A DNA stretch of 64,000 bases from an uncultured Candidatus Micrarchaeota archaeon (GCA_963723105.1 CAVRPK010000004.1:4765-68764); one strand, 5' to 3'. Positions 44,916 through 53,813 are shown, numbered from the stretch's first letter. The notes: generated by a model from the letters alone, not told the origin. Made by a program: numbers and translations.

Positions 44916-45657
44916 GAGCCATTATCGCCATTCCCAGAAACAGGCCAAGAATTGACAGATGTGCATGACTTTCTTCTTTTAGAGATAGTGGAAGAAGCTC
45001 ATCAAAGCTGATGAATATCATGATTCCTGCAACAAATGCAAGAAGAAGGGACATGATATCTGTTGTGAGGAAAGGTGCCAGGATCAATATTCCTATGACT
45101 GCACCAACTGGTTCTGCAACCCCTGATAAAAGAGATATCCAGAATGCCTTTGCCTTGCTCTTAGTTGCATAATATATTGGCATAGCAACTGCAATTCCTT
45201 CTGGGATATTGTGCATTGCAATTGCAAAAGCAAGAGGAACTCCGACAGATATATCTCCAAGTGCGCTTACAAAAACTGCAAGGCCCTCTGGGAAATTGTG
45301 GATTGCTATTCCTATTGCTGTGAAAACACCTGCAGTCATTAGTTTTTTGTTTTTCTTGTCTACCTTGACATGCTCGCCAATGTAGTTGTGCGGCATTAGA
45401 AAATCAATTGCCATGATGAAAATGATTCCAATAAAAAATGCCAGATTAGCAGGTCCAAATCCCACTCCTTCAATTGCCGTTGCAAGAAGTTCTGCAAAAG
45501 AAACATATATCATAACACCGGCAGAAAGTCCCAGTGCAAAGACCAGGTATTTCTTTTTGAAATTTGTGATAAATAGTGAGATGAGGCTTCCAATTCCTGT
45601 TGAAAGTCCTGCGAGTATTGTAAGTGCCAGGGGTATTTCTATGTTCCCAATTTCCAT
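44896..45657 (-). CDS. zupT: ZIP-family zinc transporter
   Basis: HNFPEGLAV and HNIPEGIAV motifs with 8 TMs. Start moved to MEIGNIEIP (ATG 45657). Confidence 0.85.
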   Translation of the reverse strand: MEIGNIEIPLALTILAGLSTGIGSLISLFITNFKKKYLVFALGLSAGVMIYVSFAELLATAIEGVGFGPANLAFFIGIIFIMAIDFLMPHNYIGEHVKVDKKNKKLMTAGVFTAIGIAIHNFPEGLAVFVSALGDISVGVPLAFAIAMHNIPEGIAVAMPIYYATKSKAKAFWISLLSGVAEPVGAVIGILILAPFLTTDIMSLLLAFVAGIMIFISFDELLPLSLKEESHAHLSILGLFLGMAIMALSLELL

Positions 45658-45835
45658 AATATCAGTTCTTCTGGTCAATTCAATCCTATTAGAATTTAAA
45701 AAACAGACGCCTTGGAGAGGGGCCATGGTTTTAGGATGGCACCTTCACCAAACGTGCAACTTCCAGTACTTTCGTGCAAAATGTTTTTGCTAGCAATTTG
45801 ACTATATAGTAAGAAAGTACGGGCGGCCCAGAAAG

Positions 45836-45845
45836 CAATTTAAAT
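45836..45845 (+). promoter_or_regulatory. TATA box (CAATTTAAAT) for 45867 gene
   Basis: Lies about 26 nt upstream of ATG 45867. Confidence 0.5.
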
Positions 45846-45866
45846 CAAGGCTTGTAGATATCTCCA

Positions 45867-46832
45867 ATGGCTCTACTACCTAGAATACTGATGCTGCTGC
45901 TGATTTTAGTATCATCATCCTATGCAGGTGATGGTACTGGTGTCGATCCGATCCTTGAATCAGTTGGTATTGAAAAGCCTGCAGAGTGGAATGGCTGGAG
46001 CCAGGAGCAGAAACATGACTATCTTCAAGGAATGGGCATTTATCCAATCTCCGGAGAAAAGTACCAAGGCCAAGCCAATATCACTGGATTCTTTGATTGG
46101 TTGGGTGTTGAGAGGCCTGATGGCTGGGAAAACCTAAGTTTCGAAGAGAAAAGTGCATTTGTAGAAAGCACATTATCTGAAAATGAAAAGACGGAAGATC
46201 CGGCTTTAGTAAATTTTAAATTTGCAGAGTGGATAGTAATTCTCTCAAGTGTATTCATCCTAATCGCAGGATTTTTACCTGCAAAAAGCACAATCAGAAG
46301 TTTTGGCCGGCTTTTTAGTTTATATCTATTTCCAGTTCTTCTTATTCTCCTGGCAATTCTCTTTCCATGGAAGACTACTTTTGTGGAAATGGGCCGGTGG
46401 GCAGAATATCTTCTGATATTCCTGCTCTTCATCAAACCCTTATCAGTTGTCTTCTCTATCAAGCAACTCTCAAAGGTTATTATGTTCAGGCAAGAGCTGG
46501 GACTTTCATGCTTCTGGCTTTTCCTGATTCACGCACTAGGGCGTATAATTATCACTCCTCTCGGTTTAGAGAAGCTAATTGGAGTTCCATATCTTCTCTG
46601 GGGAGTTATTGCAGCTATTGCCCTGATTATTCTTGCCATAACTTCGAATAAAAAATCAATCATGCTCCTCAAAAGCAACTGGAAAAAGGTTCAGTCACTA
46701 GCTTACTTTGCGCTTTTTGCAACTTTGCTTCATACGAGTATTGTAAGTGGCGAGATGATTAAACTCTATATTGTGTTTGGTATCTTCATTTTATTAAAAA
46801 TCCTGGAGTGGAAGAGAATAATCATTCGGTGA
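45867..46832 (+). CDS. Membrane protein: secreted N-domain plus polytopic C-half (possibly YedZ/ferric-reductase-like)
   Basis: Signal LLLILVSSSYA and 5-6 TMs in the C-half with conserved His residues (FWLFLIHALG, LLHTS). The family call is tentative. Confidence 0.4.
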   Translation: MALLPRILMLLLILVSSSYAGDGTGVDPILESVGIEKPAEWNGWSQEQKHDYLQGMGIYPISGEKYQGQANITGFFDWLGVERPDGWENLSFEEKSAFVESTLSENEKTEDPALVNFKFAEWIVILSSVFILIAGFLPAKSTIRSFGRLFSLYLFPVLLILLAILFPWKTTFVEMGRWAEYLLIFLLFIKPLSVVFSIKQLSKVIMFRQELGLSCFWLFLIHALGRIIITPLGLEKLIGVPYLLWGVIAAIALIILAITSNKKSIMLLKSNWKKVQSLAYFALFATLLHTSIVSGEMIKLYIVFGIFILLKILEWKRIIIR

Positions 46833-46842
46833 TTTGCGGACC

Positions 46843-46852
46843 AAATAAAAAA
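46843..46852 (-). terminator. Oligo-T terminator after tRNA-Asn
   Basis: The minus strand reads TTTTTTATTT starting 7 nt after the tRNA 3' end. Confidence 0.5.
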
Positions 46853-46858
46853 CAGAAA

Positions 46859-46982
46859 CGCCTCGGGGAGGATTCGAACTTCCGGCCTGCTGATGTCTGT
46901 AACTGAATAATCAGTTTTGATCCAACTTTTTCCAAAAGTTGGAATAACAGTCAGCCGCTCTAACCAGCTGAGCTACCGAGGC
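46859..46982 (-). tRNA. tRNA-Asn(GUU) with 50-nt canonical (37/38) intron
   Basis: The minus strand reads GCCTCGG-TA-GCTC-AGCTGGTTA-GAGC-G-GCTGA-CTGTTA. The intron follows at 46895-46944. The 3' exon is A-TCAGC-AGGCC-GGAAG-TTCGAAT-CCTCC-CCGAGGC-G. There is one A:C mismatch in the T stem. Confidence 0.8.
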
Positions 46983-47032
46983 ATATAGCTTCGGTAGCGC
47001 ATTGAACGAAGTTCAATCCAATCTACCGAGGC
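46983..47032 (-). other. Structured 50-nt element upstream of tRNA-Asn that begins with an exact copy of the tRNA 5' end (GCCTCGGTAG)
   Basis: The minus strand reads GCCTCGGTAG-ATTGGA-TTGAAC-TTC-GTTCAA-TGCG-CTACCGAAGC-TATAT and then the tRNA. A 9/10-bp outer stem encloses a 6-bp hairpin. TATA TTTATAA (47066-47060) lies about 31 nt upstream of the first copy. Confidence 0.6.
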
Positions 47033-47066
47033 AATTAAGGGATATTTGATGATATGTAGTTATAAA

Positions 47067-47198
47067 TCATCCTTCTTCGCAAAGACCCCATCCGCAACCT
47101 TCGCACTCAAGACAGCCTTCCTTGTGTGCTAGCTTATTCTGACAGACTGGGCAAATGCCTTCGCTTACAAATTTCCGAACTTTCTCATCGTTAGTCAT
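47067..47198 (-). CDS. Small zinc-ribbon protein (43 aa), below the ORF-track cutoff
   Basis: My translation gives MTNDEKVRKFVSEGICPVCQNKLAHKEGCLECEGCGWGLCEEG, with CxxC..CxxCxxC. Its ATG overlaps the stop of 47195..47602 (ATGA). Confidence 0.5.
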   Translation of the reverse strand: MTNDEKVRKFVSEGICPVCQNKLAHKEGCLECEGCGWGLCEEG

Positions 47199-47602
47199 TC
47201 TGCCCCAACAACACTCTTGAGGCCTTTGATTATGCCTTCAGACTTTGCTTTCCAGCCCATAAGGAATCCACTAAGTCCATCCATACCTCCTAGCATGGAT
47301 AAAAGTTCCTCTGCAGAGCCAAGTACATCACTATCTGATTCAAGCCCTGGATTCTGGAAAAGGGTTTTTAGAAGACCAACAACTCCTCTTTTTGTATACA
47401 ATGACTTTCCATCTCTGGTTTTCTGTGACCATTTTTTGATAAATGTCTTTGTTTTTGCACTACTTAAGAATGATTCTGAATCATTTGATTTTTGTGATTC
47501 TGGAGGTTTCTGAGTTGTTTCAGGCTCTTTTTCTTTAGTTGTTTGTGTCGTGACGGGTCTAAATTGGCCAAGGAATCCACTGAACATGACTGTAGAACTC
47601 AT
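47195..47602 (-). CDS. Hypothetical protein (135 aa), low-complexity T/K/E/S-rich middle
   Basis: ORF only. Translationally coupled to the downstream zinc-ribbon ORF. Confidence 0.45.
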   Translation of the reverse strand: MSSTVMFSGFLGQFRPVTTQTTKEKEPETTQKPPESQKSNDSESFLSSAKTKTFIKKWSQKTRDGKSLYTKRGVVGLLKTLFQNPGLESDSDVLGSAEELLSMLGGMDGLSGFLMGWKAKSEGIIKGLKSVVGAE

Positions 47603-47620
47603 AACAAGTTTATAAATATT

Positions 47621-48154
47621 TCACAGGCCAAGGTCTTCAAGGATTTTTCTGGTTTTGAATTTGCTATCATCAATCTTCTTCGAAACCTTGATAATTTCAA
47701 TTCCATTTGGTTTGAGGAATTCTTTTTGGTCATACCCATATGCAATTACATCTGGCCTGATGAACTCAATCATCTCCTCTGGATTCTCAAAACCAGACAG
47801 TGCAAGGTCAACCATTTTCAGAGAGCCTACCATAATCTTCCTGTAATCTTGTCCATGAATGGGCTCACGGTTTTTCTTTCGAATCATCTCGTCTTTTGCA
47901 ACTGCCACAATGAGTAGGTCTCCCTGTTTTTTTGCTTCTTCAAGTGTGAATATGTGTCCTATATGAAGAATGTCAAAAACTCCTCCAGTCAGCACAACCC
48001 TTATCTTTTTCCGCTCTTCATCCTTGATGAAAAACCTCCCTTTTTTCTCAATCAGTAGTTTTCGCTCTGACTCTGGCAGGAAATGGTATGCATCTTCTGG
48101 AATTCCAGCATATTGAAGCTGCATAAGAAAAAGCTTTTTGACAGTTTTCTTCAT
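47621..48154 (-). CDS. Cytidylyltransferase-family nucleotidyltransferase (RibL-like FAD synthase / TagD-like)
   Basis: VLTGGVFDILHIGHIFTLEEAKKQGDLLIVAVAKD carries the (H/T)xGH motif. A ~40-aa N-terminal extension is present. Confidence 0.7.
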   Translation of the reverse strand: MKKTVKKLFLMQLQYAGIPEDAYHFLPESERKLLIEKKGRFFIKDEERKKIRVVLTGGVFDILHIGHIFTLEEAKKQGDLLIVAVAKDEMIRKKNREPIHGQDYRKIMVGSLKMVDLALSGFENPEEMIEFIRPDVIAYGYDQKEFLKPNGIEIIKVSKKIDDSKFKTRKILEDLGL

Positions 48155-48218
48155 GCTTATCTCTTAGTTGCCTGATTTTTTAAACAATACTTATAATCTT
48201 TTCCTGGGAGTTTCCATC

Positions 48219-49772
48219 ATGAGGCTCTACATAGTTGCAATGCTGATGGCAGCTCTAATCTTCGGCTGCGTAAGTGAGGACAACCCTCCTGAAAATACTC
48301 CTAATAACCCTGCCGAACTTCCAAAACCTGATTGTATTGATTCTGATGGGCTTGATGAATCGATAAAAGGTACTGTAACTTTCAACGGTACTGAATATCC
48401 TGATACCTGTGATGATGAATCAACTGTCAAAGAATATTTCTGCAATGGAAATTCTCTTGAAATAAAACAGATTTCCTGTAAAGAAACCGAAGAGTGTATA
48501 TCAGGAAAATGTGTTGAAAAAGAAGAACCTGTACCCGAGCCTGCTCCAGAGCCCAAATGCATTGAAACAGATTCTGGATCTGACTATTACAACTATGGTT
48601 CTGTAAATCATAATGATCAGCTTTATCATGATGTTTGCCAGGGCAATTATGATCTTTTGGAATACTACTGTGATAATGATGAACTCAAACAAACAACCCA
48701 CCATTGTTCAACTGGAGAAAAATGCGAAGAAGGAAAATGTATCAGCCTTGATAAAACTTGTGAAGAAACAGACGCAAATGATCCAACCTTATATGGCACT
48801 GTAACTCAGTATGGCGGCGGAATGGTAATATACTCTGAACATGATTCATGTATTGACGAGCAAAATAGATTGGAGTTCTACTGTGATTCAAATTCAATAA
48901 TGAATAAGACTGAGTCTTGTCCATCTGATACTTACTGCTACAATGGAGTTTGCAGGTCAATTTGCCAGGATAATGATGATGGTGAAAACTATTTTGTTGC
49001 ATCTTCTGCCAGTGAAAAAACCGAAGTTTTCGTTGACTACTGCAAGGATGAAAACACACTAATAGAATATTACTGTTCTGGAAATGTGCTTCTTGAGAGA
49101 TCACAAAATTGTGATTATTGCTTTGAAGGGCGCTGCGTTAAGCTATCCGATATCAAATGCAAGGAATACTCAAAATCAACACAACTGACTGTTGATTCAG
49201 AATTAATTGAAGAAAAGAACGACACATGCGCTGGTACTAAACTTAGGGATTATTTCTGTTTTGAAAATGAGATTGATTACGTTAATGAAGTGTGTGATGA
49301 TCTTTGCATTAATGCTGAGTGTGTCGAGATAACTGAAGAAGCGTGCTTTGATCTGGATCTTCTTGATCCAAATGGAAGCTCCCACGTTGCATCATCTGTA
49401 ATTCTGACTACCAATACTAGTGTCAAAGACACTCGTGAAGATTACTGCCTCAATGACATTACTCTGGTCGAGTATCTTTGTGACGGCTCTGGCTTTGAAA
49501 CTGAATATGTTACATGTTCCGAAGATGACAAATGTGTTGATGGTGCATGCATATATCCATACACATGCACTGAGACTGATGGTGGACAGTCAATTGTTCC
49601 TGGAGAAGCGTCAATTTGGGATGGAGATACTTTAATCAGGACTGAACATGATGCGTGCATGAGCGATGGCCGTGTTTTTGATGCATATTGTTCTGATGGA
49701 AAAGTGAAATTCATCGCACTTGATTGTCCTGATGGGACTAATTGCGATAGTGAAACTAGACAATGTAATTAG
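48219..49772 (+). CDS. Secreted lipoprotein made of seven ~65-aa Cys-rich repeats
   Basis: Start moved to MRLYIVAMLMAALIFGC (lipobox), with GGGAG 9 nt upstream. The repeat pattern C-x-(D/E)-(S/T)-D..G-x-V..Y-x-D-x-C..L-x-E-Y-(Y/F)-C..C..G-x-C occurs 7 times. Confidence 0.7.
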   Translation: MRLYIVAMLMAALIFGCVSEDNPPENTPNNPAELPKPDCIDSDGLDESIKGTVTFNGTEYPDTCDDESTVKEYFCNGNSLEIKQISCKETEECISGKCVEKEEPVPEPAPEPKCIETDSGSDYYNYGSVNHNDQLYHDVCQGNYDLLEYYCDNDELKQTTHHCSTGEKCEEGKCISLDKTCEETDANDPTLYGTVTQYGGGMVIYSEHDSCIDEQNRLEFYCDSNSIMNKTESCPSDTYCYNGVCRSICQDNDDGENYFVASSASEKTEVFVDYCKDENTLIEYYCSGNVLLERSQNCDYCFEGRCVKLSDIKCKEYSKSTQLTVDSELIEEKNDTCAGTKLRDYFCFENEIDYVNEVCDDLCINAECVEITEEACFDLDLLDPNGSSHVASSVILTTNTSVKDTREDYCLNDITLVEYLCDGSGFETEYVTCSEDDKCVDGACIYPYTCTETDGGQSIVPGEASIWDGDTLIRTEHDACMSDGRVFDAYCSDGKVKFIALDCPDGTNCDSETRQCN

Positions 49773-49780
49773 GTGAAAAT

Positions 49781-50266
49781 ATGTTATTGCCAAAACAACA
49801 ACTGGAAAATGCAAATGTAGTGGAAGTGCTTAATTCAAGCCAATACCAGCCTTCTGGAGTTGACATCTCTCTTAAGGAAGTTTATTCCTTCAAGAATGCC
49901 GGAGTAATTGATTTTGATAACAAAGACCGAAAAATCAGCGAGGTAGAGCCATTATCTTTTGATGGTGATTTTGTTACTCTAAAGCCTGGAGCATACAAGG
50001 TAATATTCAATGAATATGTAAGAATTCCAAAAGATGTTGCAGGGCTTTGTCTTCCACGCTCTTCACTCTTGCGCTGCGGAGTTACACTTGAATGCGCAGT
50101 CTGGGATCCAGGTTATGAAGGCCGAAGTGAGGCTCTTCTTCTTGTTAAAAATGAGCACGGTATAAAATTCAAAAAAGATGCAAAAATAGGCCAGATGGTC
50201 TTCATCAAACTGGCCGAAGCAACAAACTCTACGTATGAAGGAGTTTACAAAGGAGAAAACAAATAA
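49781..50266 (+). CDS. dUTPase/dCTP deaminase-family protein
   Basis: PSGVDISL, LPRSSLLRCGV and AVWDPGYEGRSE motifs of the trimeric dUTPase/Dcd fold. Confidence 0.75.
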   Translation: MLLPKQQLENANVVEVLNSSQYQPSGVDISLKEVYSFKNAGVIDFDNKDRKISEVEPLSFDGDFVTLKPGAYKVIFNEYVRIPKDVAGLCLPRSSLLRCGVTLECAVWDPGYEGRSEALLLVKNEHGIKFKKDAKIGQMVFIKLAEATNSTYEGVYKGENK

Positions 50267-51568
50267 TTATTTCAAAAACTTATCAATTATTCCCCCTAAA
50301 CTTCCCTTTCTTTCGACAAATGTATAGTTTATGTCTAGAACTGGGATATCTATCTTCAGAATGCTTCCAAGATGCATAGGAGTTCCTGAGACTACTAATT
50401 CTGCTTCGCTATTTTTTATTGTCTTGATAAGCTCTTCTCTCTGTTTTCCATAATAGCCCAAAGAAGGAACGACGTCTCCCATATGATCATATTTTTCATA
50501 AGCTTCTTTGATGCTTCCAACTGCGGATGGTCTTGGATCAATGATGTCTGCACCGCATCTTGCAGCATATTCAAATCCTGCACCAAATCTCATGCCTCCA
50601 TGAGTGATTGTAGGGCCATCCTCAATCACAATAACCTTCTTTCCATAGATGTTTCTCTCTTCGATTGGTGAGAGCTCCATATCGCTTTCAATAACTTCTG
50701 CGTTTGGGTTTACCTTTTCTACATTTTTCATGATTCTATTAACATCTGTTGGATTCTCGCTTGTTTTGTTGATGATTATCACATCTGCTGCTCTGAAGTT
50801 TGTTTCTCCTGGATAATACCACATTTCATTTCCTGGACGAAGAGCATCGGTCACTGTAATATAAAGATCTGGTTTGTAGAACGGAATGTCATTATTTCCT
50901 CCATCCCAGATTATCACATCTGATTCTTTTTCTGCTTCTTTGAGAATAGCTTCATAGTCAATTCCAGAAAATACTATGACTCCATCCTTCAAGTGCGGCT
51001 CATACTCCTCCCGCTCTTCTATTGTGCAGTTGTGCAAATCAAGATCCTCGATTGTAGCGAATCTCTGTACCTTCTGTTTTACGAGGTCTCCATAAGGCAT
51101 GGGATGCCTGATAACGACAAATTTCACATTTTTTTCTTTGAGCTTTTTTGTAATTGCTCTGGTTACTGTAGTTTTTCCAACTCCGGTCCGAACTCCTGTA
51201 ACTGCGATTATTTTTTTGCTGCTCTTAATCATGGTTTCTATTGGTCCAAGAAGAACGAAACTTGCTCCACATGCTTGCGATCTGCATGCCAGATGCATTA
51301 CATACTCGTGTGAAACATCCGAATATGAGAAATAAACTTCATCAATTTTTTTCTCAGTAATATGCTTTTCAAGGTCTTTTTCCTCAAAGATCGGAATGCC
51401 GTTTGGGTATAATTCTCCTGCAAGTTCTGCAGGATACTTCCTGTTTGCAATATTTGGAATCTGGGTTGCAGTGAATCCAACCACCTCGTAATTTTTATTT
51501 TTTCTAAAAAATACATTGAAGTTGTGAAAATCTCTGCCGGCTGCTCCAAGAATAAGTACTTTTCTCAT
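50267..51568 (-). CDS. COG2403-type predicted GTPase / cyclic 2,3-diphosphoglycerate synthetase-like protein
   Basis: MRKVLILGAAGRDFHNFN N-terminus and P-loop VTGVRTGVGKTTV. The family is assigned from memory. Confidence 0.55.
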   Translation of the reverse strand: MRKVLILGAAGRDFHNFNVFFRKNKNYEVVGFTATQIPNIANRKYPAELAGELYPNGIPIFEEKDLEKHITEKKIDEVYFSYSDVSHEYVMHLACRSQACGASFVLLGPIETMIKSSKKIIAVTGVRTGVGKTTVTRAITKKLKEKNVKFVVIRHPMPYGDLVKQKVQRFATIEDLDLHNCTIEEREEYEPHLKDGVIVFSGIDYEAILKEAEKESDVIIWDGGNNDIPFYKPDLYITVTDALRPGNEMWYYPGETNFRAADVIIINKTSENPTDVNRIMKNVEKVNPNAEVIESDMELSPIEERNIYGKKVIVIEDGPTITHGGMRFGAGFEYAARCGADIIDPRPSAVGSIKEAYEKYDHMGDVVPSLGYYGKQREELIKTIKNSEAELVVSGTPMHLGSILKIDIPVLDINYTFVERKGSLGGIIDKFLK

Positions 51569-51619
51569 AAACTGATTTTGATCAAATAGGTTTTTTATTC
51601 TATTCTGTAAAATCTAGAT

Positions 51620-52495
51620 ATGAGAATAGTTATCGCACTTGGAGGAAATGCTCTTTTGCCAAAAGGAGCCAAAGGCACTGCAGAGGAGCAATTGGGCTCT
51701 GCAAAACAAGTTGTTATGCAGATAGAAGAGATGCTCAAAGCCAACCAAGTAGTCTTGACTCACGGAAATGGGCCTCAGGTTGGGAACCTGCTATTACAAC
51801 AACAAGGGACAAAAGAAGTTCCAGAGATGCCCCTTGATGTTCTTGGTGCAATGACTCAGGGCCAGATAGGTTATTTTATTGCCAGCGCTATTTCCCTTAC
51901 TGGTCTTCATTCATCTACTCTTATTACTAGGGTTGTTGTTGATCAAGAAGATCCAGCGTTTGCAAATCCTACTAAACCAATTGGTCCTTTTTATGAAACC
52001 GCAGTTCGTCCAAATATGAGAATGGATGCTGGAAGGGGGTATCGGCTGGTAGTTCCTTCGCCAAAACCAGTTAAAATCAGGGAACATGATGCAATATCAG
52101 CTCTTCTTGAAAAAGGATTTGTCGTGATAGCTGTTGGTGGGGGCGGAATTCCAATCAAAGAAAACGGAGAAGGACTTGAGGCAGTAATAGATAAAGATCA
52201 GGCAACATCACTTCTTGCAAATCAGGTGGAAGCCGGTCTTCTTGTTTTTGTCACTTCAGTTGACAATGTCTATCTTGATTTTGGAAAACCAACTCAAAGA
52301 TCTATTTCACATACTTCTATTGATATTCTGAAAAAATACTTGCAATCTGGGCATTTTGCAGAAGGAAGTATGAAACCAAAAGTCGAAGCAGCAATTAAAT
52401 TTGTAGAGAATGGCGGCAAAAAAGCAATCATATGTTCAATCAACAACATCAAAGCTGCCATAGATGGAAAAGCAGGTACTGCCATCTCCAAGTGA
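51620..52495 (+). CDS. arcC: Carbamate kinase
   Basis: MRIVIALGGNALL and VLTHGNGPQVGNLLLQ are characteristic of the amino-acid-kinase fold. At 291 aa it is slightly short. Confidence 0.8.
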   Translation: MRIVIALGGNALLPKGAKGTAEEQLGSAKQVVMQIEEMLKANQVVLTHGNGPQVGNLLLQQQGTKEVPEMPLDVLGAMTQGQIGYFIASAISLTGLHSSTLITRVVVDQEDPAFANPTKPIGPFYETAVRPNMRMDAGRGYRLVVPSPKPVKIREHDAISALLEKGFVVIAVGGGGIPIKENGEGLEAVIDKDQATSLLANQVEAGLLVFVTSVDNVYLDFGKPTQRSISHTSIDILKKYLQSGHFAEGSMKPKVEAAIKFVENGGKKAIICSINNIKAAIDGKAGTAISK

Positions 52496-52499
52496 TCAT

Positions 52500-53396
52500 A
52501 TGCTCAATGATATCATTATGGCAATTGGAAACACTCCACTAGTCCGAATCAATAAACTGACTCCAAATCCAAAAACAACCATATATGCTAAACTAGAAGG
52601 TTTTAATCCAACTGGAAGTATCAAAGATCGTATTGCTTTGAAGATGATTGAACAGGCAGAAAAAAACGGAGATTTATCAAAAGGAAAAACAATACTTGAG
52701 CCTACTTCTGGAAACACTGGAGTTTCACTAGCAATGATAGGAACTGTCAAAGGTTATGATGTTGAAATTGTCATGAACAGTGCAGTTTCTATTGAAAGGC
52801 GCCAAATGATCCGTGCATTCGGTGCTAAAGTAACTTTGACAGACAGTGACCTTGGAACTGATGGTGCGATTCTAAAAGCCAAAGAACTAGTCAAAAAATA
52901 TCCCGATAAATATTTCATGCCAGATCAGTTTTCTAACGAATACAATAAACTGGCTCACTACAAGACTACTGCCGAAGAAATCTGGAAACAGACAAATGGG
53001 AATGTGGATTATCTGGTTTCATCAATTGGAACATCTGGGACAATAATGGGAGTCGGAAGATATCTGAAAGAAAAAAATCCAAATGTTAAAATTGTTTGCG
53101 CGCACCCTGTCAAGGGCCACTATATCCAGGGCTTGAAAAATATGGATGAGGCAATAGTTCCATCTATTTATGATCCTTCTAAAATTGACGAAACTATCAT
53201 GGTTGAAACTCATGTTGCATTTGAAACTGCGAGAAAAATCGTGAGAAATGAAGGGATTTTTATTGGAATGAGCAGCGGAGCAGCAATGTATGCTGCAATT
53301 GAAATTTCAAAGAAAGCAGAATCTGGAAACATTGTAGTTATATTCCCTGATAGGGGAGAGAAATATCTGAGTACTGGTTTATTTGAAGTAGATTAA
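52500..53396 (+). CDS. cysK: Cysteine synthase / O-acetylserine sulfhydrylase-family PLP enzyme
   Basis: PLP lysine in NPTGSIKDR, plus EPTSGNTG and GMSSGAA. Start moved to ATG 52500. Confidence 0.8.
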   Translation: MLNDIIMAIGNTPLVRINKLTPNPKTTIYAKLEGFNPTGSIKDRIALKMIEQAEKNGDLSKGKTILEPTSGNTGVSLAMIGTVKGYDVEIVMNSAVSIERRQMIRAFGAKVTLTDSDLGTDGAILKAKELVKKYPDKYFMPDQFSNEYNKLAHYKTTAEEIWKQTNGNVDYLVSSIGTSGTIMGVGRYLKEKNPNVKIVCAHPVKGHYIQGLKNMDEAIVPSIYDPSKIDETIMVETHVAFETARKIVRNEGIFIGMSSGAAMYAAIEISKKAESGNIVVIFPDRGEKYLSTGLFEVD

Positions 53397-53812
53397 ACAT
53401 CTAATATTACGGATGCCTTCCATCCTTCTTCCGTTTTTTCGAGTTTGTACATGTGCCAGCTTACTGCTTTAACATCTGTTATCCATTCATGCTTCTCTTG
53501 ATCCAATTCCTCTCCGACTAGTTCTGCTTCAAGTGAATTTCCTGTGATCTTAATTGTATATTTACTAAAAACAAGACATTCGGAATCCTTGTAAAATAGC
53601 AATTCCTGCATGAAATTATGCAACAACCTCTCACGGTCTTTTCCAGAAATCGATATTTTTTTTGTTATTTTTTCTTCTATTGTTTTAAGGTCATCAACCA
53701 TTGAAGCTGTAACTGCTTTTGCGGCACTCTCAAAGAGCTCTTCAAGAGTGTTTCCTGTTGCTTCGAAAGTGACGTCTGCAATTGCGACTCCGTCAACAAA
53801 TTTATATGGCAT
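53393..53812 (-). CDS. Archease (RtcB activator)
   Basis: MPYKFVDGVAIADVTFEATGNTLEELFESAAKA is the archease N-terminus. Start moved to ATG 53812, immediately after the rtcB stop. Confidence 0.85.
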   Translation of the reverse strand: MPYKFVDGVAIADVTFEATGNTLEELFESAAKAVTASMVDDLKTIEEKITKKISISGKDRERLLHNFMQELLFYKDSECLVFSKYTIKITGNSLEAELVGEELDQEKHEWITDVKAVSWHMYKLEKTEEGWKASVILDV

Positions 53813-53813
53813 T

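Noticed and set aside
45386-45793. 135-aa plus-strand ORF antisense to zupT, and the N-terminal 23 codons of the zupT track ORF
   Set aside because: The antisense ORF lies inside a well-supported transporter gene. The zupT extension (MAPLQGVCFLNSNRIELTRRTDI) precedes the natural MEIGNIEIP start and the first TM.
46985-47033. Plus-strand tRNA-like minihelix (GCTTCGG..ATTGA-ACGAAGT-TCAAT..CCGAGGC-A)
   Set aside because: It has acceptor-like and T-arm-like pairing but no D or anticodon arm. It is better explained as the reverse complement of the structured tRNA-Asn leader.
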